A stretch of DNA of 64,000 nucleotides, from positions 1,088,001 to 1,152,000 of the forward strand of contig CP122380.1 of NCBI GenBank assembly GCA_024650005.2. The letters are read 5' to 3'. Positions 19,868 to 28,055 of the stretch are shown piece after piece. A program made the position numbers and the translations under genes. Below the pieces are notes generated by a model. It worked only from the letters and a program-made list of their open reading frames with translations. It was not told where the DNA came from and made no database searches. The DNA is from Candidatus Bathyarchaeum tardum. Lineage in GTDB: Archaea; Thermoproteota; Bathyarchaeia; Bathyarchaeales; Bathyarchaeaceae. Within the stretch, counting starts at the first letter, position 1. Every line of letters begins with the position of its first letter.

Positions 19868-20215
19868 TTGACTGAAAACCCCAAAAACCAATTTGTTCAA
19901 CGCATAGCCAAAAATTTTCTTGACATATTGATTTTACGGCTCATTCAAACAGAGCCAATGTGGGGCTATAAATTGATAAAAAAAACCAAAACTCTTTTTG
20001 GAATAAAACTACGACACGGAGCCCTATATCCACTTTTAAATAATCTTGAATCAGAAGGATATGCTCAAAGTGAAAAAATAACCATTAAAGGGCGAATACG
20101 AAAAGTTTACTACATCACCCAAAAAGGAACCCAACTCGTTGATGCTTATTATGATTTCCTGAAAGAACAACTAGAAAAATTGGATCTTCAAGAGGAAAAC
20201 AATAATGAAAAATAA
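19868..20215 (+). CDS. PadR-family transcriptional regulator
   Basis: PMWGYKL, HGALYPLL..LE..G and RKVYYITQKG motifs; overlaps the next gene. Confidence 0.9.
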   Translation: MTENPKNQFVQRIAKNFLDILILRLIQTEPMWGYKLIKKTKTLFGIKLRHGALYPLLNNLESEGYAQSEKITIKGRIRKVYYITQKGTQLVDAYYDFLKEQLEKLDLQEENNNEK

Positions 20216-21239
20216 TTCTTCACAAGAAGAAGTTGTTGAACAATTACAAAAGCTTCTTTATGACCGCGGAAACAAAGCCCTAGCACTTGCTCAAAAAACA
20301 ATTCTAGACGAAAAAATCGAATCCAAACCAATTAGAGACGCTCTGCTCTATTTTATCAATGATTATTGGAATGACGTCACCCGCCCTGCTTTACTTTCGT
20401 TAGTCTGTGAATCCGTAGGTGGAGATCCCGACTTGACTACGCCTGTTGGTGTTTCAATGACTTTAATTGCCGGGGGAATCGACATTCATGATGACATTAT
20501 CGATGAATCAAAACGCAAAGACTCTAAATTTACTGTTTATGGAAAATACGGCAAAAAAATTGCTCTCCTAGTTGGAGATGCCCTAATGTTTAAAGGGTTC
20601 ACTTTATTGTATGAGACCCTTGGAAAAGGAATTTCTCCAGACCAGATTGCTACTATGAGCAAAATAATTAATCAAACCTTTTTTGAACTTGGGGATGCAG
20701 AAGCTCTGGAACTTGATTTTCGTACCCGTGAAGATGTAACTCCTGAAGAGTATCTTTCTGTAATTCGAAAGAAAGCAGCAGATGTTGAAGCTCATACTCG
20801 AATCAGCGCCATACTTGGTGGGGCTTCTTCAGATGAAATTGAGGCCCTTGCAGAGTACGGTAGGATATTGGGCATGTTAGTGATTTTACGTGATGAAATG
20901 ATTGATATGCTTGATCCAAAAGAGACAATTCATAGAATAAAAAAAGAGCATCTTTCAATGGCAATAATCTATGCTTTGCAGAATCCTGGTATGAAATCTT
21001 CGATATCTAACTTGTTAAACCAAACACGGAACTTGAAGGATGCTGACAATCTTTCCTTGTTAGTTGATGCTGCAGATGGTTACAGTAAAATGAATGCTTG
21101 TATGCAAAGCTTGGCCAATATTGCTTATAGGAAAATAGAAAACGCTAAGTATAACAAAAATCACTTAGCTTTAATTATTCAAGGGATGCTTCTCCCTGAT
21201 TGGAGAAGTTATTTAACGCCAATAAAGTCGGACAGGTAG
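20205..21239 (+). CDS. polyprenyl-synthetase-fold (class I isoprenoid synthase) protein with degenerate motifs
   Basis: FARM HDDIID, ALLVGDAL and YL..IRKKA present; SARM altered to LRDEMID. Confidence 0.82.
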   Translation: MKNNSSQEEVVEQLQKLLYDRGNKALALAQKTILDEKIESKPIRDALLYFINDYWNDVTRPALLSLVCESVGGDPDLTTPVGVSMTLIAGGIDIHDDIIDESKRKDSKFTVYGKYGKKIALLVGDALMFKGFTLLYETLGKGISPDQIATMSKIINQTFFELGDAEALELDFRTREDVTPEEYLSVIRKKAADVEAHTRISAILGGASSDEIEALAEYGRILGMLVILRDEMIDMLDPKETIHRIKKEHLSMAIIYALQNPGMKSSISNLLNQTRNLKDADNLSLLVDAADGYSKMNACMQSLANIAYRKIENAKYNKNHLALIIQGMLLPDWRSYLTPIKSDR

Positions 21240-21265
21240 TTTCTTCTGCATTTTAATCACGTGTC

Positions 21266-21299
21266 TATATGTTCTACACATATACCTATATAAGATTTG
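21266..21299 (+). promoter_or_regulatory. palindrome TATATGT-N5-ACATATA plus TATATAAGATTTG box upstream of the MFS gene
   Basis: Read directly from the sequence; mirrors the elements upstream of padR 19634. Confidence 0.5.
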
Positions 21300-21408
21300 T
21301 TCAACATATCTACAAAAAACATAATAAATGGATGTAGAATCTGGTTTTATGTTTCTAAATTGTTAATTGTTACGATGTAATCAGTACCTTATGGGCAGTG
21401 CATAGCGA

Positions 21409-22653
21409 ATGCTTAGAACATTCTTAGGTGAAAATACTATCGGCAAAAGAAATTTTCTTGTACTGACCATTCTGTTCTTAAGTGTTTTTGGCTGGTTCTT
21501 TATGACCTTGCCTGTTATTGAACAAATGCTAGGGCCAGATCCTGAATATCAGGTAAATCTTGCTGTCTGGGCTGCATTTTATTTATCGATCATTGGGTCG
21601 AGCATATTAGGTTCTTTGTTTTCACAGAAAATTGGAAAACTTAAATTCATTTATTTGTGGGCTATCCTGGGAGTTGCTGTATCATTTTTGCCTGCAATAA
21701 TTAATACCGCTAGTTTCGAACAGGTTTTTGGGGTTTCTTTGTTTTTGGGTGTCTCTTTTGGTTGGGGTGTGCCTGCATTTTTTGCCTATTTTGTAGAAAG
21801 CACAGTTGTGGAAAACAGGGGGAGAGTAGCTGCAATAACCTTTTTGCTCGCTAACCTTGCTGCTCCATTTCTTTCAATTGTTGCGTCTGAATTTGATTTT
21901 ATGATAGTTACCGTTTTGTTTGCCCTTCTTAGGGGAACTAGTTTGTTCATATTCTTTCTTAAACCCGAAGAACAGCTTTCTTCTGATGTCCCGAAAGATG
22001 TTTCCTTTAGGGAAATTCTAAAAAATCGAACCTTTTTGCTTTATTTTGTTGCATGGTCTATGTTTCCTCTCATTGATAACTTTGAACGAGTTCTTGTAAT
22101 TCCTTTTCTATCCATTAATTATCCCAATTTAGTTAGCGAAATGGGTATTGTTGAACCATTGGTTGCTGGACTTTCTATATTGATTGCTGGAATTTTATGT
22201 GACCGAATTGGAAGAAAAAAAATTGTCCTTTCTGGTTTTGTAGCCATAGGCATTGCATATGGACTGATTGGTATTCTTCATAATATTGAATTCCTGTGGT
22301 ATGTTTATTTCATTGTTGATGCCATTGCTTGGGGAATCTTTTCCTTAATCTTTTTCATCATTTTGTGGGGAGATATTGCCCATACAAAAAACAGCCAGAA
22401 GTTTTATGCCATCGGTAGTATCCCATTTTTTGTTGGTAGCATTTTGCCATACTTATTGCCTTCATCAATAGTTGAAAATATTGAAATTTATGCCACTTTT
22501 TCAGTGGCTAGCCTTTTCTTGTTTGTTGCCGTTATGCCTTTGGTGTTTGCCCCTGAGACTTTGCCTGAAAAGAAAATTGAACTTAGGCGATTGAAAAATT
22601 TTGCTGAAGAAGCAAAGAAAGCTAGAGAAAAGTTCGAACAAAAAAAGAAGTAA
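21409..22653 (+). CDS. MFS transporter
   Basis: About 12 TM segments; motif A (GILCDRIGRK), ENRGR and PET. Confidence 0.88.
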   Translation: MLRTFLGENTIGKRNFLVLTILFLSVFGWFFMTLPVIEQMLGPDPEYQVNLAVWAAFYLSIIGSSILGSLFSQKIGKLKFIYLWAILGVAVSFLPAIINTASFEQVFGVSLFLGVSFGWGVPAFFAYFVESTVVENRGRVAAITFLLANLAAPFLSIVASEFDFMIVTVLFALLRGTSLFIFFLKPEEQLSSDVPKDVSFREILKNRTFLLYFVAWSMFPLIDNFERVLVIPFLSINYPNLVSEMGIVEPLVAGLSILIAGILCDRIGRKKIVLSGFVAIGIAYGLIGILHNIEFLWYVYFIVDAIAWGIFSLIFFIILWGDIAHTKNSQKFYAIGSIPFFVGSILPYLLPSSIVENIEIYATFSVASLFLFVAVMPLVFAPETLPEKKIELRRLKNFAEEAKKAREKFEQKKK

Positions 22654-22663
22654 AAAATAAAGT

Positions 22664-23437
22664 TTAGAATTGTTCGACTTTTGTGGCTATGTTATTTAAA
22701 GTCTCTGTGAATGGATGATCGGGGCGTTCTTCTGAGAATATGAAATTTCCTGCTGCCCGTAGTACTTCGCAGAAACATGGTATTGTTGCTAACACTGGTA
22801 AGCTATGAATTTCTTTGATGCGTTTGTTGAATTTCTTTTCCTCCTCTTTTGAAGATAGGTAATCTGCGATTACTTTGTTGATTAGGATTCCTGTCTTCTT
22901 TTCGAAGAGATCATAAAGTTCATTGGTCATACGTTGGCTGCCGATAATGTCTGATGCATCTAAGCTTGTTACGACTAATACAATATCTGCAGTTACGATT
23001 GCGTTTATGGAAGAATATTGAAGTCCTGGGCTTGTGTCAAAGATTATGTAATCAAAATTGCCTTCGTTAAGAATTGCTGCTCTGAGTGACAGAAGTCTAC
23101 CTAGTGCTTTCATTTCCCATTTTCTGTCTTTTGCGGTCATGTCTCGGATAGCTTCGGTGGTGGGATTTGCTAAGCCTACTGTTAATTTGCCGCCGTTATT
23201 GTGTTGTTTTACGTCCACTAGAACTTTGTCGATTTCGCATACGCCATTAAGGTAATCATTAAGCCAGTGGTCTAGTTTTTCTTTTTTAAATATGGCATGA
23301 AGACTTGGGGCTCGAAAATCCAAATCCATTAAACAGACTTTTTTTCCTCGTCTGGCATATGTAGCTGCCAAGTTTACTGACAGTGATGTTTTTCCAGTTC
23401 CGCCTTTGTATGAATGAATTGCAATTATTTTTCCCAT
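22664..23437 (-). CDS. MinD/ParA-family ATPase
   Basis: Deviant Walker A KGGTGKT, DLDFRAP, DTSPG and INK. Start moved to the ATG at 23437. Confidence 0.9.
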   Translation of the reverse strand: MGKIIAIHSYKGGTGKTSLSVNLAATYARRGKKVCLMDLDFRAPSLHAIFKKEKLDHWLNDYLNGVCEIDKVLVDVKQHNNGGKLTVGLANPTTEAIRDMTAKDRKWEMKALGRLLSLRAAILNEGNFDYIIFDTSPGLQYSSINAIVTADIVLVVTSLDASDIIGSQRMTNELYDLFEKKTGILINKVIADYLSSKEEEKKFNKRIKEIHSLPVLATIPCFCEVLRAAGNFIFSEERPDHPFTETLNNIATKVEQF

Positions 23438-23441
23438 TTTT

Positions 23442-23813
23442 TTATGTCTCCTCTCTGTCAACGTAGAAGTATGCCTTTCGGCCATCTCGTTCTTTTTTCA
23501 TATATCCCATGATCACAAGTTGGTTTAGGTATCCACTTTCTACTGCTCTTGCTCGTTTTGTTTGTTCTGCTACTTCGTCAGCTGTCGCTTTTTCTAGTTT
23601 GCAAAGAGTAACTGCTGTTTTCCTTAGATGATCAGGAAGGGAAAGTAACGTCATTACATCTAGGGCTTCCGGCAAGTTTTCGGGGAGTTCTTTTTGTCCG
23701 TGTTTTTGTATTTCTATCATTACGTCGATTTTATCGTTGAGTTTCTCAAGGTTCTCTCTAATTTTTTCCAGCAGTTGTGTCGATTTTGTGTCTATTTTCC
23801 GGTAAGCTGCCAT
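23442..23813 (-). CDS. coiled-coil + winged-HTH DNA-binding protein
   Basis: ATADEVAEQTKRARAVESGYLNQL...G...ERDGRKAYF; ends 4 bp upstream of the MinD-like gene. Confidence 0.8.
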   Translation of the reverse strand: MAAYRKIDTKSTQLLEKIRENLEKLNDKIDVMIEIQKHGQKELPENLPEALDVMTLLSLPDHLRKTAVTLCKLEKATADEVAEQTKRARAVESGYLNQLVIMGYMKKERDGRKAYFYVDREET

Positions 23814-23990
23814 GGTTTTGGTCCTAAATCCATTTTGGGATCTGAACTAATGTACTACAAATAGTTTATTAAATCTTATGATATGATACTTCATATTGTT
23901 AAACTGAAAGTGCAAGTTTGGAAACTTGAACTGAAAAAATTAGTGAATAAAACAAAATAAAAATGTAAAGACAAAGGAAAAAAGGAGTTC

Positions 23991-24287
23991 CTAATAAAGA
24001 GATGCAGGCAATTTTGCCTGTCCTTCTTCAACGACAGGTAGCATTACCTTCAATTCTCTGAAGTATTTTAGAACTTTTAATCCCTTTTCTGAAACAACGA
24101 AAACTATCCTTTTCTTGCCAACGGTTTTTTCCTCTACAAGTTCTTGCTCAATGAGGAAATCTAGGTACTCTTTGAGTACACTGCAGTTCACGTTAGCTTT
24201 GTACATGATGTGCGTTAGCTTAAGTGGACCTTTTTGTGATAATACTCTCAGGATATCGATATACATTTCAAGTTTTGACCTTCGCAA
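23991..24287 (-). CDS. winged-helix regulator (HTH_45-like)
   Basis: RRSKLEMYIDIL...THIMYKANVN...YLDFL...SEKG pattern. Confidence 0.85.
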   Translation of the reverse strand: MRRSKLEMYIDILRVLSQKGPLKLTHIMYKANVNCSVLKEYLDFLIEQELVEEKTVGKKRIVFVVSEKGLKVLKYFRELKVMLPVVEEGQAKLPASLY

Positions 24288-24361
24288 TGTTAACGCCTCT
24301 TGATTTTATGTTCCCAATTTTTGTATATATTATTTATGGATTCTTAATATACTTTTTACAG

Positions 24362-24556
24362 TTATTCAGTATATACTGTAGATTTTGATTGAATTCTCTG
24401 GAAAACGGTTAATCTATTCTGGAATGCAGTAACCATATCATCGGCCAGAATAGTTTGCAATTCTGGTGTAAGTGTATGGATTTCGTTGGTGAATGTTTCC
24501 ATAATCATTTTTTGTAGCCGTTTTCGGCTTTGAATTGAGCCCAATTTTTCCATCAC
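24362..24556 (-). CDS. small helical hypothetical protein
   Basis: 64-aa ORF with a GGAGA SD, co-oriented with its neighbours. Confidence 0.6.
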   Translation of the reverse strand: MMEKLGSIQSRKRLQKMIMETFTNEIHTLTPELQTILADDMVTAFQNRLTVFQRIQSKSTVYTE

Positions 24557-24676
24557 AATTTATCTCCAAGCTGTATTGACGCTAACTGTGCTTTTGGTAT
24601 TTAACTGTCTTATGAATTCAGCGTTCATATCCAAAATTAGCTGATTTTATGGGAATGCTAGAGGCAAGGTTTTGGT

Positions 24677-25381
24677 TTAATATGTTGTCTGTTTAGGGCG
24701 GAGATAACGAGGGATGAATCCCGGCACATCATTTTTGTATTTGAGGTACCTTTCTCCATATTTTTCGATCGCTTCTTTTTCTTCTGTTTTGGAGAGTCTA
24801 TAATAGAGGATGACTACGACCGGCCATAGGGCAAGCATGATGATGGTTAGCCATTGTATGTTCATTCCTAAGGTTATCAGGAAAAATCCCAAGTATTGGG
24901 GGTGGCGTATGTATCGGTACAATCCAGTGGTGACAAGTTTGCCTTTGCCTTCGTAGATTTGTTTCCATCCGTAGATTACTAGTAGTATGCCAATGCCCAT
25001 GACAATTTTTGAGATGTTAAACACCCAGTGGTGGATCATAAAGGCTGTTTCTTGTCCTAGGGATTGGGTTAAAAAGAATTCAATAGAATAAACTTCGTTG
25101 TATCCGAACATTCCCATAAACACGTACATTGTTAATGGCAATCCGAACATTTCAGCAAAAAAGGCTACAGTAAATGCCAGATACACACTGCTTGGGAGTC
25201 TGGCTACTTTTCTTCTGAATTGGATTGTGGCAATAAATATACTAAAAAAAATAACATTAGCGGCAACCAATAACCATTGGTTCCAACCAAACGAGGTCAA
25301 GGTCAAATAATACAAGAAAACACTAACAACACTAACAATAACGATGAACAACAAAATGCTCTTGATTTTTTTTGTATTAAT
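24677..25381 (-). CDS. isoprenylcysteine carboxyl methyltransferase (ICMT/PEMT)-family membrane protein
   Basis: LVTTGLYRYIRHPQY, EE...YGERY..Y...VP and FAEMFGLPLT motifs. An in-frame ATT at 25381 sits 8 nt after GGGAGG; the alternative start is TTG at 25354. Confidence 0.85.
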   Translation of the reverse strand: MNTKKIKSILLFIVIVSVVSVFLYYLTLTSFGWNQWLLVAANVIFFSIFIATIQFRRKVARLPSSVYLAFTVAFFAEMFGLPLTMYVFMGMFGYNEVYSIEFFLTQSLGQETAFMIHHWVFNISKIVMGIGILLVIYGWKQIYEGKGKLVTTGLYRYIRHPQYLGFFLITLGMNIQWLTIIMLALWPVVVILYYRLSKTEEKEAIEKYGERYLKYKNDVPGFIPRYLRPKQTTY

Positions 25382-25441
25382 TTTTGTAGCCTCCCTTTGT
25401 TCATCAAAAATATTTAGAGTTGTTATCTAAAAACTTTTTTT

Positions 25442-25493
25442 GTCAAGAAACATTGACCAAATTTTTTGTAAACTAGTCAAGAAACCTTGACTA
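25442..25493. promoter_or_regulatory. tandem palindromic operator GTCAA-N6-TTGAC (two copies)
   Basis: GTCAAGAAACATTGAC (25442-25457) and TAGTCAAGAAACCTTGACTA (25474-25493), upstream of the ICMT-family gene. Confidence 0.7.
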
Positions 25494-25704
25494 TCAAATT
25501 AAATGCCAAAATTGAACCTTTATTTTTAGTTGCCTGCTGTGCAGAAAAAATAATAAAAATAGTTTTAGGATATTTGATTTTGAAGTTATTTTGAAAAATA
25601 GGCAAAAATTGTTTTAGGTTATTTTCCCACTCGGATGTAAACGGCAATAAAAGTCTGTAAAGGGGTGGAAAAATGTAGGTGATGTTAATTTAGACATTTT
25701 TGAT

Positions 25705-26781
25705 TTACTTGTTTATGATTACAGTTTGTGTTGGGTATGCGAATTCTATTTTTTCTTTTTCGAATTCTTTTTTGAGTTTTAGGTTAATTTCTTGTTGGGT
25801 GTCCATGTATTTGTTATAGTCCGAAGTGTTCACGTAGTATACTACTTCAAAATTCAGGCTAAAATCGCCGTATTCTTTGAAATGTACTCTATCAAACTCT
25901 ACTAACTCAATTGAACTTATAACTTCTTTTGTTATTTCCAACGCTTTTTCTAGTTTTTCTGATGATGTACTGTAAATTAATCCATACTTGAATTGCACTC
26001 TTCTGCGTTCCATTTTTTTGTAGTTATGAATTTGGGCTGAGGTTAATTCTTGATTTGGAATTATTACTTCTTCCCCCCATAGGCTTTGAATTCGGGTGCT
26101 TCGGATTCCAACTTTTTTTACTACCCCTAAGTTATCACCAACAATAATGAAGTCACCTATACTGAATGGTTTATCAAAAAATATTGAAAATGAAGCAAAA
26201 ATGTCACTCAAAACATGTTGGAGCCCAAAGGCAAGAACGATTCCGGCTACTCCAAAGCTTGCAACTATTGTGGTCATGTCGTAACCAAAAAGAGTAATAA
26301 TGTACAGAAAGGCTAGGCTCCAGAGTATTACTTTTGATATTCTCCCAATCACATTTGCTACTGAGCGCCCGTTTTCTGGATCTTTTTCTTTTGTTACTTT
26401 AACTATTCCGTAATCGACTACCTGTTGTAGGCTTTTTATGATAATGAAAATAACAACTATCGGTGTAACATAACCAAAAATCGTGGTTATAATCACGGGC
26501 AGTTGGATAAAATTGATTGCCAAATATGTGGCGAAAAATACGTAGAAATGCCATCCTATGTTGTCAACAATTTTTATTATTACATTGTCAATTTCAGCAG
26601 ATGTTTTGTCTGCAGCGTGTGTTAGTCTTTTGATTACTTTATATTTGATTGTTTTGAAAACGATTAGTGAAACAAAAAAAACTGTTATTGCCAAAAGGTA
26701 GTCTCGTAAAGCATTGTCAAATATTGTGTAACTCAAAATTTCGTTTAACGTCATTAATATCTTGTTGTTGCAACGTAACAT
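25705..26781 (-). CDS. small-conductance mechanosensitive channel (MscS family)
   Basis: DKPFSIGDFI...G.V..VGIRST...IPN...I.NY and IEFAYPTQT motifs. Confidence 0.92.
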   Translation of the reverse strand: MLRCNNKILMTLNEILSYTIFDNALRDYLLAITVFFVSLIVFKTIKYKVIKRLTHAADKTSAEIDNVIIKIVDNIGWHFYVFFATYLAINFIQLPVIITTIFGYVTPIVVIFIIIKSLQQVVDYGIVKVTKEKDPENGRSVANVIGRISKVILWSLAFLYIITLFGYDMTTIVASFGVAGIVLAFGLQHVLSDIFASFSIFFDKPFSIGDFIIVGDNLGVVKKVGIRSTRIQSLWGEEVIIPNQELTSAQIHNYKKMERRRVQFKYGLIYSTSSEKLEKALEITKEVISSIELVEFDRVHFKEYGDFSLNFEVVYYVNTSDYNKYMDTQQEINLKLKKEFEKEKIEFAYPTQTVIINK

Positions 26782-27264
26782 TCTTAATAAATATTTTTCA
26801 AAAATTATTTAATTTGGATATTTTTTTGTTTTTCTGTTGTTAATTATTTGACAACAATTAGGAATATGAAGTAACTCTACTCTTTTTTCGTAATTTTAAC
26901 AGGTTTTTAATATGTTGGATATGTATGATGTTATTTTTTAGTATAAACATAATCCCAACATTAGCATTATTATTTTTTTTTTAAAAAAAAACCCCATATA
27001 TTTGATGGGTAAAATTTAAATGAAAAAAAAATAAACTGTAACTGTAATTGCATAAGCAAAACTGATGTGAAACTGATCAAAATTTTGTTCACATCGCGAT
27101 TTAAACACTTCATTTACTCTGTTTGTTGTAATTAGCAACTGATTTTGTTCAAGTTTAATGGCTTCATTATTGAGACTTTTCAGCTCAAGTGCGTATGATG
27201 GGTAACATTTACCTTTTTGTTGCATGTTTCGGATTCACTTGCCTTTTTGCAGAGTTGACTGAAA

Positions 27265-27993
27265 ATGGAAAGCCAAGATATTCCTCAAAGTGATGGTGCA
27301 GCAGAACAAGAAATTATGCTGTTGGAATCTGCTTTGTATGTTGCTGGGTGCCCGTTGGATTTACGAACATTGTGTAATGTTTTAGGAATCAGATCAAAAG
27401 ACAAAGCATTAAAAACAGCCCAAACTCTAGTGGAACAATATAACGCCTATAACGGTTCAGACGTTGTTGGAGCAAAGGTCTGTGTGAACGGAACAGAATG
27501 CGTAACAAACAGTTCAGGGTGGGCAGGTTTTAATGCTTTTTACGTTTCTGCTGGTAAACGAGTATGGACTGTTACAGATTTAACCCATTCAACAGTTACT
27601 GGATACAAGGTTACTGCTGCAACTCCAAATGTGGTTTGGGATTCAATTGTTATTGATGTGGAAGTTTCTGCTACTGCCTTTGGATCAATGAGGTTTACTG
27701 TGAATGTTGTCTCTGGTTATGATTGTCGTTCAGTTACTGGGGCAAAGGTTCTAGCAAATGGAGAAACTTGCACAGAAACCAAACTTGGTGTATATGAAAT
27801 ACAGCTAGGTTCATGGAATTCAATTCAGCAAGTGACCATAGTTGTTGAACGGTTAGACGCCTCCACATGGTTTTCAGGTTCTTTTGATAATTTTTCAAAT
27901 ATTGTCCTGTATGTTGCAGTCGTTGCTACGGTGATTGCTATTAGTATTATTTTTTGGATGCACCACAAGTCCAAAACTATTGAATCGAAGTAG
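27265..27993 (+). CDS. chimeric ORF: ScpB-like N-terminal 60 aa fused to a membrane-anchored beta-rich surface-protein C-terminus (possible pseudogene)
   Basis: LLESALYVAGCPLDLRTLCNVL resembles the ScpB N-terminus. The remainder has duplicated GAKV..NG..C repeats and a C-terminal TM with a basic tail. Confidence 0.55.
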   Translation: MESQDIPQSDGAAEQEIMLLESALYVAGCPLDLRTLCNVLGIRSKDKALKTAQTLVEQYNAYNGSDVVGAKVCVNGTECVTNSSGWAGFNAFYVSAGKRVWTVTDLTHSTVTGYKVTAATPNVVWDSIVIDVEVSATAFGSMRFTVNVVSGYDCRSVTGAKVLANGETCTETKLGVYEIQLGSWNSIQQVTIVVERLDASTWFSGSFDNFSNIVLYVAVVATVIAISIIFWMHHKSKTIESK

Positions 27994-28055
27994 CTAGATG
28001 TTTTTTTGCATAAATATATAATTGACTGATTACTAGCCTGATTAGATTTGGTTAT

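Noticed and set aside
26970-26995. T-run/A-run palindromes (also near 8430, 47435, 48465)
   Set aside because: Low-complexity homopolymers common in AT-rich intergenic DNA; at most simple terminators.
27016-27225. 69-aa minus-strand ORF, or an scpA remnant upstream of the ScpB-like fragment
   Set aside because: No ScpA-like or other recognisable sequence in the frames I read.
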